A stretch of 64,000 nucleotides of DNA, from contig OX597827.1 of assembly GCA_951406725.2 (NCBI GenBank), forward strand, positions 19,158,001 through 19,222,000, given 5' to 3'. The notes under the pieces are model-generated. The model did no database searches. It was not told the origin of the DNA and saw only the letters and a list, made by a program, of their open reading frames with translations. The stretch's first letter is position 1. Each line of letters starts with the position of its first letter. This document shows positions 29,752-44,338 of the stretch, piece after piece. The translations under genes were made by a program, and so were the position numbers. This stretch comes from Octopus vulgaris (lineage: Eukaryota).

Positions 29752-29873
29752 AGTTTACCGATAATGATTCTTTTAACATACCGAACTGCTTGGTAAAATT
29801 ATTAATTATAAATTAATTAATTAATTTTACCCTTTATTATTATTATTGTTGTTATCATTATTATTATTATTAT

Positions 29874-29956
<83 letters not shown>

Positions 29957-29977
29957 CTATATACAGTTCTGGTAAAC

Positions 29978-30180
29978 GTACCTGCCGGTGGCACGTAAAA
30001 GGTACCCACTACACTCTCGGAGTGGTTGGCGTTAGGAGAGGCATCCTGCTGTAGAAACTCTGCCAAGATTGGAGACTGGTGCAGCCATCTGGTTTGCCAG
30101 CCCTCAGTCAAAATCGTCCAACCCATGCTAGCATGGGAAGCGGACGTTAAACGATGATGATGATGATGATGATGATGATG
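29978..30180 (+). mobile_element. 3' end of an RTE-type non-autonomous retroposon
   Basis: Ends CCCATGCTAGCATGGG hairpin, then GGACGTTAAACG and a (TGA)n tail. Confidence 0.6.
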
Positions 30181-30516
30181 ACAGTGTGCGTATTTGTGTA
30201 TGCGCGTACGCGTGTATGGGCGTGTGTGCGTATGTGTGTGTGTGTATGTGTGTGTGTGTGTGTTCGTCTATATAGTTAGTATACTGTTTCATGGCTTTAT
30301 GTCTAAAGCAATACTCATTGGATGAACACACTGGACACAAGTACTCTGTGTATACTCCTATAGAGTTTATCATAAAAACTCGACTCCTCGTGTGCGTAAG
30401 ATATACAAGGCGATACTGAAACATTCCTGATTTTAAGGGTGTCGCGAAAGGCCTAGTTGGAGGCCCAACCTTCCGCTTTCATTCACAGGGCTTAAAAAAA
30501 TCTAAAAGACCCTGCG

Positions 30517-30710
30517 GATCTTTTCGGTTTGAACGGCAGAGTTTTCTAGCGGTGTCATATGAAATTGTCATCCATAATTATGACCCTAGTATCGATCTAT
30601 TGCATTTCAATCTGTTTTAGGGCTAGGGTTAGTTAGGGTTAGTTAGGGTTAGGGTTAGGGTTAGGGTTAGAGTTAGGGTTAGGGGTGGGGGAAGGGTATC
30701 TTTTTTTCTT
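30517..30710 (-). mobile_element. Truncated telomere-repeat MITE with expanded (TTAGGG)n
   Basis: One TIR; TTAGGG-like run at about 30617-30685. Confidence 0.85.
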
Positions 30711-30925
30711 CGGGATTTTTCGCAAATGCAGACACTTCGTGAAGTATCTTTACATCTGCCGACGATGGCTTAGCTGACCGAATCTCCGAAATCACAGTCA
30801 ATGATATTCTTGCTTAAGAATAATAAATATGTATTCTATAAAAGTATAGAGAACCCCTACAGATTAATGTAAAACTGTTTTTATCATAACCGAACATAAA
30901 AACTATATATATTTACATGCATATA

Positions 30926-31030
<105 letters not shown>

Positions 31031-31031
31031 A

Positions 31032-31102
<71 letters not shown>

Positions 31103-31406
31103 TTTTTGCGGGAAGGACTGTTTCAAGAAGTCGTGTCTCGCCTTTACCTTCGAAACGCGGAGTATATAAAACAGAGGCGACTGAAGAAGGGGAATTTTCC
31201 TTGTGTTGTATGTCTTGTACTCTATTTTTTCGTTGTTTAAGAAAAATGTCCATTTCCTTGGTTTTGTGTTTATGTTTTCGTTTCTCATTGTGTTCGACGT
31301 TTTTTTGGCGTCCTGTACCCATATATGCATGTATATATACATGTAGATGTAGGTACGTACATATATGTATGTATGTATATATGCATATGTTTTATTTATT
31401 AATTTG

Positions 31407-31438
<32 letters not shown>

Positions 31439-31446
31439 CATATGAA

Positions 31447-31665
31447 GGCGGCGAGCTGGCAGACACGTTAGCACGCCGGGCGAAATGCTTAGCGGTATTT
31501 CGTTCTGAGTTCAAATTCCGCCGAGGTCGACTTTGCCTTTCATTCTTTCGTGGTCGATAAATAAAGTACCAGTTTCGCAGTGGGGTCGATGTAATCAACT
31601 TAATCCCTTTATCTGTCCTTGTTTGTCCCCTCTATGTTTAGCCCCTTGTGGGCAATAAAGAAATA
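31447..31665 (+). mobile_element. SINE family B with tail1
   Basis: Head, core and tail TTAGCCCCTTGTGGGCAATAAAGAAA. Confidence 0.88.
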
Positions 31666-32061
31666 TATATATAAACACACACACACACATACATACATAA
31701 ATATACGTGTGTGTGTGTGTGCATGTATACATATATATGCATATATCAGGGAATCTTTAAACGATAAACGAATGACAGAATTTAAAATCTGTAGCACAAA
31801 TCGGCGACTTGTATTTAACGTTTTAGTACATTATTTTAAAACATAATAATGCTTATTGCTTGGTCAGTCCTTATTCTCACAAGAATATTTTATATATGTA
31901 CGTGTATATATATTTATATATATATATATATACGTATGTATGTATATGTATATATGTGCACACGCCCAAATCACCATGCACACTCACATATCAGTACGTA
32001 AATATGTACACATAAAAGTATGTATGTGTGTGTGTGTGTGTGTGCATATATGTATGTATAT

Positions 32062-32114
<53 letters not shown>

Positions 32115-32279
32115 TAAAAGTATGTTGTATGGAAGTATGTATATCTATATATATATGTATATACATATATGTACGTTTTTATATATTTGTGTGTGTATAC
32201 ATATATATATACATATAACTACGTATATATAGGTACAGACACATATATATATTTACATATGCATATATATGTGTGTGTG

Positions 32280-32380
<101 letters not shown>

Positions 32381-32546
32381 GTATATATATATATATATAT
32401 ATACATAGACTTTCACGTATATATATTTGTGTATATGTGTGTTAGTAAATATGAATGAAATTGCGTGTTTTTCTGTGAGAGAAGGAAGACAATATGTATG
32501 TGTATATCTATGTGTGTATGTGCGTGAATTTACGTATATTCGATTG

Positions 32547-32658
<112 letters not shown>

Positions 32659-32670
32659 GTGTGTGTGTGT

Positions 32671-32706
<36 letters not shown>

Positions 32707-33102
32707 CTACATAAGAACTTGTGCTCGCATATGTACATACGTAAGTTTAGTTGCAGACATTCATACAGGGCAATGTGCCAAAAAAAAAAAGAAAATGAAG
32801 AAAGAGGCAGATATATAGAAAGAGGAACATAAAGAGAGAGAGAGACAGACAGAGAAAGAAAGATAGGGGGGAGGAGAGTGAGGGAATCAGTGAGGGTTAG
32901 AGGTAGTGATGGGTGTTTGGGGTTGGGAGAGAAACATTGAGAAAGGGCAGGGAGGAAAATGAGATAGGAGAGCAAGATCAGAGAATTAGAACGGAGACCA
33001 AAACGGAGTTTTAGCGACGCCTAGATTGTAAGGTCACTATCAGTGGTGCCAAAACGGTCCATTACAGGATTAAAGAATAAGTAAAATGAATACCCACGCA
33101 CG

Positions 33103-33195
<93 letters not shown>

Positions 33196-33299
33196 ATGCA
33201 GTCACATATATAGATTTGGATACATACATATATATATATATCTTTATACGTATGTGTGCACGTGTGTTGATGCGTAAATATATATATATATATTAAATG

Positions 33300-33346
<47 letters not shown>

Positions 33347-33662
33347 GTGTGTATATATGTGTGAGCATATATGTAAGTATCTAAATAAGTGTTCGTGTGT
33401 GCGTATATGTGTGCGTGTGTGTATGTATGTAGATAGATGTGTGCATATGTATATGTATGTGTGTGTATGTGTGTGTGTATGTGTGTTAGTATGTGTATGT
33501 GTATGTGTGTTAGTATGTGTGTGTGTTTGTGTGTGTGTGTGTGTAAGTGTGTGTGTGTAAGTGTGTGTGTGTGTGTGTGTGTGTGTTTGATGAAATAACA
33601 ATGATCGAGTTTACAGATCTCTCTAACCTGTCAATCTTCAGAAACGTTTATAGAATATATAA

Positions 33663-33713
<51 letters not shown>

Positions 33714-33755
33714 CATACATACATACATACATACATACATACATACATACATACA

Positions 33756-33791
<36 letters not shown>

Positions 33792-34455
33792 TATGTGTGT
33801 GTGTATGTATATATGTATATGTGTGAGTCTGCGTGTGTATGCATATCTATATTTATATATGTACCTACATATGTATATATGCATATTTGAATGAATATGT
33901 GTGTGTGTTTATAAATATATGTGCGTATGTGTATGCGTGTGTGTGTGCGTGTATACATATAAAAAATATATGTATGTAGGCATCTATATATATATATATG
34001 TATATTTATATATAACTTATATCCATATACCTGTTTATATATATCATGTATATATATGTATGTATATGTATACATTCATGTGTGTGTGTGTGCATGCATA
34101 TATGTATGGTCTCCGAAATATCCAATAGGATATTCAGAAATTAGCATCTTTCACTGCAACGATTTTTAACTCTGGCGAAAGTCCAGAACTTTGTAATGAA
34201 GGGCTATAATCGTTTGAATCACCCTCAGTACGTAATTAGTATTTATATATCACCGTCGCCTTATGGACGAAAAAATAATGCTTTGCCTGCTCAGATAGGA
34301 ATTTATAACGTCGTAAAATCTTGTTTACACATTCGCGCCATCATTCTAGCTTTCTCTCCACCCCTGTTTTAATAATTGCTTCTTGTTTAGGTACAAGGAC
34401 AGGAATTTGGTGTTTGGGGATCATTTGATTGAACTGACCCTTGTTCAGTAACTAT

Positions 34456-34556
34456 TCAATTTTTGCCTTCCACCTTCCTCGGATCGCGAAAATTAAAGTA
34501 CCGATTCACGGTACTTTAATTTTCGCGATCCGAGGAAGGTGGAAGGCAAAAATTGA
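34456..34556. repeat. Perfect 48-bp inverted repeat with 5-nt loop inside a degenerate SINE B
   Basis: 34456-34503 is the exact reverse complement of 34509-34556. Confidence 0.95.
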
Positions 34557-34626
34557 CAGTCGCTGTTTGAACTCAGAACATAAACAATCGCAACAAATAT
34601 CGCATTTGAACATATTATCATAATGA

Positions 34627-34994
34627 CTAGCACTATGACCCAGCAACGCCGGGTCATAGTGCTAGTGCATGCATATACAGCTGCGTGTGTGTGCAAATAC
34701 ATGCGAGTAGTGTCCGAATCTCCGACCAATCACATACAGGTAGCTGGCATTCAATTGGCGTATCAAGTTTTGGGCATTTTGATTGGGTTTTGGATAGAAA
34801 ATTCACAAAAAAAGTCATTTCTATTGATTTTTTTAATAGCTTTGCGGGGTGACTGGAGAAATGTAAAGATGTGCACGACCATCCTTGGACGGTTTTGAAT
34901 GACCATAGAAAGTGCGACCCTTCTAACTGAAAAATTGTGGATTTGTATAAAGGACACACAGACAGACATTTTGCCGTTTATATATATGGAGAGA
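34627..34994 (-). mobile_element. Non-autonomous Helitron (family 2)
   Basis: Minus-strand 5' A|TC..ATATATAAACGGCAAAATGTC; 3' hairpin plus CTAG; second copy at 51035-51487. Confidence 0.75.
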
Positions 34995-35012
34995 TTATAA
35001 TTATAATTACAA

Positions 35013-35217
35013 GGCGGCGAGGTGGCAGAATCGTTAGCACGCCGACCGAAATGCTTATCGTCGCTACGTTCTGAGTTCAAATTCAACCGAGGTCGACATT
35101 ACTTTTCATCCTTTCGGGGTTGATAAATTAAATACCAGTTGAAGATTGGGGTCGATGTAATCGACTATACTCTTCCCCCAAATTCCGGGCCTTGTGCCTA
35201 TAGTAGAAAGGATTATT
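35013..35217 (+). mobile_element. SINE family B with tail2
   Basis: Ends GGCCTTGTGCCTATAGTAGAAAGGATTATT. Confidence 0.85.
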
Positions 35218-35515
35218 ACAAAGTGGCGAGGGGGTAGTGTAGGCAACCTTATTTAAATCCAGTGTCGTCATGTTTTAATGAGAGTCATCTAGAATTATCT
35301 CCCCTGTCACATCGTTAACAACTAGGTGGCGCTCGTTAGATAGGAAAAAAAAGACGCGCACAGCAAAGTAACATCCCCTTCTCCTCTCCCACGCGGCCTG
35401 CATCTAACTACATCGTCTCCATCTCTGTCCCTGCGACGGGACAACCCCGCATTGATTTGAATTTTGTTAAATCCTCTTTACCAATTATGGAAGGCGATAA
35501 GACGAAAACCTTTTC

Positions 35516-35906
35516 GGGTCTTTTCGGTTTGAACGACAGTTTTTTCTAGCGGTGTCATATGAAATTGTCACTCATAATTATGACCCTAGTATCGATCTAT
35601 TTCATTTCAATCTGTTTTAGGGTTATGGTTAGGGCTAGGGGTGGGGGAAGGGTATCTTTTTTTCTTCACAAATGTAAATAAACCCAATCTGTTTCTTAAA
35701 CGAGGGACATATTCATACGGCACAGAATGTTTTTTTTTACCTCAATGGACGTCATTGATTGGTTGAAATTGCAGAAATTGAAGAAAAAATCAACAAATAT
35801 CTTGCAAACCATAGAATTTTCTCAATAAAGCCAAGAGAAAAAAGATAAAAAATTTTTAGTTACCTAGAAATTATGTTAAAAACTGCCGTTCAAACCGAAA
35901 AGATCC
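35516..35906 (-). mobile_element. Telomere-repeat MITE copy
   Basis: Both TIRs; flanking duplication CCTTTTC. Confidence 0.88.
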
Positions 35907-36114
35907 CCTTTTCTTATTCAACTTCCATTCTGTTCTGTTAAATGTTAACATACAAGCTGTGTAAAAATGCCCTCATCCCGGATTGGAATAAATACACCGT
36001 GTACATGAAGTCTTCGAAAACTCATACGAATTGTTGTTCCTCACTGGATTAATTCCTACAGCTATCGGAGGATGACGGGACATTATATTAAATTAGTGGG
36101 CTAAAAGCTCACTA

Positions 36115-36547
36115 AAGTAGACTCGTTAGCACCAAGCGAAATGTTTAGCGGTATTTCGTCTGTCGCCACGTTCTGAGTTTAAATTCCGCCGAGGCCGACT
36201 TTGCCTTTCGTCCTTTACTGCTCGGTAAATTAAGTAACAGTAAAACTCTGGGGTCGATGTAATCGATTAATCCCCTCCCGCCAAAACTTCAGGTCTTGTT
36301 CCTATAGTAGAGGGGATTATTGTTAATATTACAAGGCGGTGAGCTGGCAGAAACGTTAGCACGCCGAGCGAAATGCTTAGCGGTATTTCGTCTGCCGGTA
36401 CGTTCTGAGTTCAAATTCCGCCGTGATCGACTTTGCCTTTCATCCTTTCGGGGTCGATAAATAAAAACACCAGTCAAACACTGGGGTCGATGTAATCGAC
36501 TAGCCCCCTCCCCACAAATTTCAGGCCTTGTGCCTCCAGCATAAAGA

Positions 36548-36594
<47 letters not shown>

Positions 36595-36596
36595 CA

Positions 36597-36630
<34 letters not shown>

Positions 36631-36647
36631 GATCATTATTATTATTG

Positions 36648-36726
<79 letters not shown>
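36115..36726 (+). mobile_element. Two adjacent SINE family B (tail2) copies followed by long (ATT)n
   Basis: Copies at 36115-36320 and 36335-36550; (ATT)n continues to 36726. Confidence 0.8.
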
Positions 36727-36843
36727 CAACTCTTTCTTTATTGGTCACAAGGACCAAACACGAAACAAAAGGGACAGCACAATACAAGGGAGAAGTGAGG
36801 CCTCCCCTTGACGCTCCAAAGATTCCCCAAAACCGCCGCCGTT

Positions 36844-36874
<31 letters not shown>

Positions 36875-37203
36875 CGTCGATGATGATGATGCGGGAGGTG
36901 GGAGGATGAGGGGAGGGGAGGAGGAAGGGTTAGTATTTCTTTAGCATAAGGACAGCCAGACGTAGTCTTTTTTTTCTACCTTTTATTGAAAGTGAACATG
37001 GAGAAACTCCAAACAGCGAGTGAAGTTATTCGGTGCTCATCAAAAATTCGCTTTCTCATATACTGCTTCCATTACAGACTCACGCCATTTTCTTCCGTTT
37101 TCCAGACTTTATTTACTCGACCTTTAAAACATTACTGATTTTATAAACTGTTGTCTAGCGGAGATAAAATCCCACAAGGCAAACCCCTACTGGCACAGAG
37201 ACG

Positions 37204-37257
<54 letters not shown>

Positions 37258-37681
37258 GTCCTTTTTCATGCCGAATTCTACTTGGTAGAATTATTAATTA
37301 CTAGTTAATTAATTAATTAATTTTACCCTTTATTATTATTGATACAGTTTTTTTCTGTAGTATTTTTACTCGACAACACACGTGGATGGACGAGGGAAGG
37401 TGAAGAACCTCATTCGTATGTTTTGAATTCGTCAGTACAGGACGTTGAATATGATCTGTTTGATACTCCGAAACGTGTCCATAGGTAATCGAATACCGAG
37501 TGAATTTCGTTGTTTTTCCTCTCTGTCTGCGAGGGTTATTTCGAGTAAGAATAAGGACCATACTTAAAAATAAGTATTGGGTTCCATTTCTTCGTCAAAA
37601 ACCTCCAAGGCCATATCCCATCATGACTGCAGTCCAATGACCGGAACACGTGAAAGAATAAAGGACGTATTCCCAAGTACG

Positions 37682-37729
<48 letters not shown>

Positions 37730-37732
<3 letters not shown>

Positions 37733-38060
37733 CAGTCATTTGACTGCGGCCATGCTGGAGCACCCCGGGACTTCTTCTAAGCCCAGTACATATTCTATCG
37801 GTCTCTTTTGCCGAATCGCTAAGTGACGGGGACATAAACACACCAGCATCGGTTTCAAGCGATGCTGGAGGGACAAACACAGACACACAAACATACACGC
37901 ACACACATATATATACACATATACGACGGGCTTCTTTCAGTTTCCGTCAACCAAAGGGGCTATAGTAGAAGACACTTGCCAAAGGTTCCACGCAGTGGAA
38001 CTGAACCCGGAACCATGTGGTTGGTAAACAAGCTACTTACCACACAACCACTCTTGCGCC
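37730..38060 (-). mobile_element. SINE family A (internally deleted)
   Basis: Similarity to the other copies. Confidence 0.8.
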
Positions 38061-38680
38061 TATATAAATATATATATTTATTTATATATATTGTGTATGT
38101 TTGTTTGTTTGTTTGTTTGTGCGTTCGTTTGTTTGTATGCATATATATAGCAATTTAAATGTATGTTGAATTCTATTCGTTTCATAAACTCTTTGATGTG
38201 AAACCGTATTTTGAAATAGATACTGCTGTCATTTGAGAAGATCAATCCACTAATAAAAAGACATTCACTAGTTTTAGATTCCATTTGCTTTTTGGGGAGT
38301 TTTTTCTTTATCATTAATTAATTTATATATTTATTTATTTATATACTTATGTATTTGTTTATTTGTCAAAGGCTTTTAATCATATAACAATGACCTTTTC
38401 AATGATTTGTTTTCCGTGACTGCAGTTTTCCTTTCGTTTGTGGTATTTATATGTATTTCGTCGGTGTTATGTTTTAAGTATATGTGTGTGCATATGTGGT
38501 TATATTGCTACTGTTTTTCTGTAGACTGTGCGTATATGCTACTGCGTGCGTATTTGCGTGCGTGTGTGTGTGTATGTATATGTATGTATGTTTGTATGTT
38601 TAATTGCAATTAGGATTCGGTATGTTTGGTGGCGAGTATCTAGTGTGTTCTTATGTCTTTGTTTACATGTTTGTTTCTAT

Positions 38681-38711
<31 letters not shown>

Positions 38712-38924
38712 ATGCGTGTGTAGATGCGTGTGTGCGCACGCGCGCGCGTGGATGTATGCAAGCGCGCAGTTGTGGCTATGTGGTAAGAAGCGTGCTTCCC
38801 CAACGATATTATTCTGAGTTCAGTTCCACCTTGGGAAGTGTCTTCTACTATAGACTGGAGCCAACTAAAGCCTTGTGGTCGACGGAAACTGAAAGAAGCC
38901 CGTTGTATATATATATATATATAT

Positions 38925-39915
<991 letters not shown>

Positions 39916-40146
39916 TTACTTAAGGGGCAGAGTTGAAAGACTGTGACAGTAGACACCAATTATGCCATGGCGTGGATAGACCACAAAATGTGTAGGATAT
40001 AGTAAGTCACTCTTAGTGTAATGCATGAAACTATTCAGTTTGACCATTAACACAAGTTTCTTCAGAAGTATGTATACATGGACGTCCAAATTAAGAACTT
40101 CAAGGGAAGAATCTGTAGAAATTAATATAAACAATATCATCTAAGG

Positions 40147-40938
40147 CAGTGGTTCTCAACCGGAACTCATATGACCCCTGAGGGTTCTTATAAGATTTTG
40201 GTGGAGGTGGGTCCACACAAGCAAAATAATGAATTAAGAATCCATGGTAGTATTTTAGCGGCCCGTGACAAAATTTTGCTTTGGACGTAATTGCAAGAAA
40301 TAGTTAGGTTTCTTTCTCTAACGTCATACGTTGTACAATATGTTCCGTGGAGGCGCAATGACCCAGTGGTTAGGGCAGCGGACTCGCGGTCATAGGATCG
40401 CGGTTTCGATTCCCAGACCGGGCATTGTGAGTGTTTATTGAGCGAAAACACCTAAAGCTCCACGAGGCTCCGGCAGGGGATGGTGGTGATCCCTGCTGTA
40501 CTCTTTCACCACAACTTTCTCTCACTCTTACTTCCTGTTTCTGTTGTACCTGTATTTCAAAGGGCCGGCCTTGTCACTCTCTGTGTCACGCTGAATATCC
40601 CCGAGAACTACGTTAAGGGTACACGTGTCTGTGGAGTGCTCAGCCACTTACACGTTAATTTCACGAGCAGGCTGTTCCGTTGATTCGGATCAACCGGAAC
40701 CCTCGTCGTCGTAACCGACGGAGTGCTTCCACCACAATATGTTCCAGGCTACTGAAACATGTTCTCAAAGAGAGTGGTTATTGCAAACCTGCGCAAGTTA
40801 ATGCGTGAAAAACAAAATGGGGATTTTGAAAGATGCGTCTAAAAAGCTAGTTTTTAAACATCGAATAGCAACGGGTATCAACCAGAATAAAAGAGTAATC
40901 AAAGGGGTCCATAAGTAAAATTTGGTTGAGAACCACTT
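40147..40938. mobile_element. hAT (Charlie-like) non-autonomous element hosting a SINE
   Basis: TIRs CAGTGGTTCTCAACC and GGTTGAGAACCACTT. Confidence 0.7.
40347..40733 (+). mobile_element. tRNA(Arg)-derived SINE family C
   Basis: TSD ACAATATGTTCC at 40335-40346 and 40734-40745; near-identical to 326-710. Confidence 0.9.
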
Positions 40939-40966
40939 GTTTAAGTTGATAGTATATCGTCCTTAT

Positions 40967-41211
40967 ACTCTTTTTACTCTTTTACTTGTTTCAATCATGT
41001 GACTGCGGCCATGCTGGAGCACGCCTTTAGTCGAACAAATCGACGCCAGGACTTATTCTTTGTAAGCCTAGTACTTATACTGTCAGTCCCTTTTGCCGAA
41101 CCGCTAAGTGACGGGGACGTAAATACACGAGCATCGGTTGTCAAGCGATGTTTGGGGGACAAACAAACACACACAAACACACACACACACACACACACAC
41201 ACGCACGCACG

Positions 41212-41251
<40 letters not shown>

Positions 41252-41414
41252 CGACGGGCTTCTCTCAGTTTCCGTCTACCAAATCCACTCACGAGACTTT
41301 GGTCGGCCCGAGGCTATAGTAGAAGACACTTGCCCAAGATGCCACGCAGTGGGACTGAACCCGGAACTATGTGGTTGGTAAGCAAGCTACTTAACACACA
41401 GCCACTCCTGCGCC
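40967..41414 (-). mobile_element. SINE family A, full length
   Basis: Head, internal microsatellite and tail. Confidence 0.88.
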
Positions 41415-41642
41415 TTACGGTTATTTGTATACATAACAAGTTGATATGAAAGACGAATGTTGAATATGAATGACCAAGAAATAATATAAAGTCAACCATC
41501 TTTGAATTACCAAGATCTTAGACTGTTCAAGAAGAGGGAAAAAGTAGATTGGTTCTTCTGTTGTAACTGTTTTTTTGTTTAACAAAGATACGGAAATGGA
41601 ATTCGTGATGTAAAAGTTGGTATGATTATAAAATGAGGGAAT

Positions 41643-42210
41643 ATTCTTTTCTACTCTAGGCACAAGGCTCGAAATTTTGGGGGAGGGTATCAGTCGATTA
41701 GATCGATCCCAGTACGCAACTGGTATTTAATTTATCGACCCCGAAAGGATGAAAGGCAAAGTCGACCGCGGCGGAATTTGAACTCAGAACGTAAAGACAG
41801 ACGAAATACCTATCTCTTTACTACCCACAAGAGAGGACAAACAATGACAGACAAAGGGATTAAGTCGATTATATCGACCCCAGTGCGTAACTGTTACTTA
41901 TTTAATCGACTCCGAAAGGATGAAAGGCTAAGTTGACCTCGGCGGAATTTGAACTCAGAACATTGCGGTAGACGAAATACCTATTTCTTTACTACCCACA
42001 AGGGGCTGAACACAGAGAGGACAAACAAGGACAGACAAACGGATTAAGTCGATTATATCGACCCCAGTGCGTAACTGGTACTTATTTAATCGACTCCGAA
42101 AGGATGAAAGGGAAAGTCGACCTCGGCGGAATTTGAACTCAGAACGTAGCGGCAGACGAAATACCGCTCAGCATTCCGCCTGGGGTGCTAATGTTTCTCC
42201 CAGCTCGCCG
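41643..42210 (-). mobile_element. Tandem SINE family B array: head-[core-tail1]x2-core-tail2
   Basis: Same architecture and AAAGA(A/G)ATAGGTATTTCG junction as 25453-26207. Confidence 0.85.
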
Positions 42211-42300
42211 CTGGGAATATTGTGTCAGCACATGGGATACCGTTATCTGACAATGAAACAGTGCAGGACATTGAAAAGAATAGTAACGAGAACTTTGAAA

Positions 42301-42717
42301 AGATCTTTTCAGTTTGAACAGCAGTTTTTAACATAATTTCTAGGTAACTAAAACATTTTAAACTTCGTATACTTGTAGAATGTGTTTATAAAACATATTT
42401 TTCTCTTGGCTTTATTGAGAAAATTCTATAGTTTGTAAGATATTTGTTGCTCTTTTTCTTCAATTTCTCCAATTTCAACCAATCAATGACGTCTATTCAG
42501 TTAAAAAGCATTCTGTGCCGTATGAATATTTCCCTCGTTTAAGAAAGAGATTGGGTTTATTTACATTTGTGAAGAAAAAAATATACCCTTCCCCCCACCC
42601 CTAACCCTAACCCTAAAACAGATTGAAATGCAATAGTTCGATAGTAGGGTCATAATTATGGGTGACAATTTCATATGACACCGCTAGAAAAAGCTGCCGT
42701 TCAAACCAAAAAGATCC
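42301..42717 (+). mobile_element. Telomere-repeat MITE copy
   Basis: TIRs; TSD CTTTGAAA/CTTTGGAA. Confidence 0.9.
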
Positions 42718-43203
42718 CTTTGGAATACTAGATGTCCACACGATCTTCTAAAAGATCTGAAAAGAACTATTCAGAAAAGACCAATAGAGAAGATTAAAGC
42801 TGGTGCTATAGTCAAAATTAAAAGGAAAGAATCATGATATTGGCAATTAACACACGAGCGATATCAGTGTTGAGATAGGGAGTAAAAATACTTAAATGGA
42901 ATGAGGAAGAAGTTCAGAAGGCAGACAAAAAGACGCTAGAAGTGATGACAACTCATGGTGCATCGCACCCGAAACGTGACTTTGATAGGCTTTACCTGTC
43001 AAATGAAAATGGAATAAGAGGTTTGATAAGTTGCGAGAATAGCATGGAAAGCGAAGAAAATATTATAAGATATTAGTTGGCGAACTGTTGATGGTTGGTG
43101 TAAAAGTTTTTGGAGATTCGATAGATAAAAATGGATATAAATGAATAATTATAGAGAACAAAAAGGCATAGTGGAGTAGAAAAGCAACGTGTGAACAGTG
43201 TAT

Positions 43204-43428
43204 ACTCTTTTACTCTTTTACTTGTTTCAGTCATTTGACTGCGGCCATGCTGGAGCACCGCCTTTAGTCGAGCAAATCGACCCCGGGACTTATTAATTGT
43301 AAGCCCAGTACTTATTCTATCGGTCTCTTTTGCCGAACCGCTAAGTTACGGGGACGTAAACACACCAGCATCGGTTGTCAAGCAATGCTAGGGGGACAAA
43401 CACAGACACACAAACATATACACACACA

Positions 43429-43495
<67 letters not shown>

Positions 43496-43632
43496 GACGG
43501 GCTTCTTTCAGTTTCCGTCTACCAAATCCACTCACAAGGCATTGGTCGGCCCGGGGCTATAGCAGAAGACACTTGCCCAAGATGCCACGCAGTGGGACTG
43601 AACCTGGAACCATGTGGTTGGTTAGCAAGCTA
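43204..43632 (-). mobile_element. SINE family A
   Basis: Full structure present. Confidence 0.88.
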
Positions 43633-44099
43633 CTTACCACACAGCCACTCCTGTGTCACATATAGTAAAATGCGTAGAAAAAAGAGATATGCGAATGGAT
43701 TACAAAGATCAGGTCTAAGAAGCTGGAAGTGAAAGCATTTAGCTGAGAACAAACTATGTGAAAGGTCCACATCGATAAGAGTGCAGAATCACCCTTATGT
43801 AGAAGTCTCTGTGGTGAAATGGGTGAAAACATTAGCCACATAATGCGTGAATGTAGAAAACTTGAACAAAGAGAATACAAAGAGATATGACAATATTGTA
43901 GGCATTGTTTATTGGGAACTACATGGAAATTGTGACTGGAATAGAGCTGATAGATGACATGAATATCAACCTAATGTAATGAAGAAATTGTTGGCTGTTA
44001 AGTTGTGGGATTTTAGCATTGAATGTAATCAAGCGACTGAGTAAAGGATACCAGACATTGTTATCATTAACATAAAGGAAAAACAAGGATCAAAAGTCC

Positions 44100-44338
44100 T
44101 TCTTGTGACATAGGTTCATAGGGCCAGTTTCCTAGGTTCTGTGGCGTATATACTATTCCCCTGGACGGAACGCTGGTCCGTCGTAGGGTTACTTATTATT
44201 TGCTTGTTGAGTGGACTGGAGTAACGTGAAATGGAGTGTTTTGCTCAAGAACACAACACGTTGCCTGGTCCAGGAATCGATATCATAATCTTAAGATCAT
44301 GAGTGCATCGCCCTAACCACTATTCCACGCGCCTCCAC
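44100..44338 (-). mobile_element. Older tRNA-derived SINE related to the family C head
   Basis: Minus strand reads GTGGAGGCGCGTGGAATAGTGGTTAGGG..TCGATTCC..TGTTCTTGAGCAAAACAC. Confidence 0.7.

Larger units (their letters stand above)
42225..44090 (+). pseudogene. Degraded R4/Dong-clade LINE (RT C-terminus, CCHC finger, restriction-like endonuclease)
   Basis: AINTRAISVLR, MTTHGASHPKRDFDRLYL..GIRGLISCE, CGEMGENISHIMREC and KLWDFSIEC..RIPDIVII motifs; interrupted by a MITE and a SINE A. Confidence 0.75.

Noticed and set aside
30617-30685. True telomere or chromosome fusion scar
   Set aside because: The tract lies at the standard internal position of the MITE family
31100-31325. Possible hammerhead (CGAAACGCG and CTGAAGA) in a Penelope-like fragment; similar split motif at 37425-37485
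   Set aside because: Core boxes are in the wrong order or on opposite strands and the stems do not close
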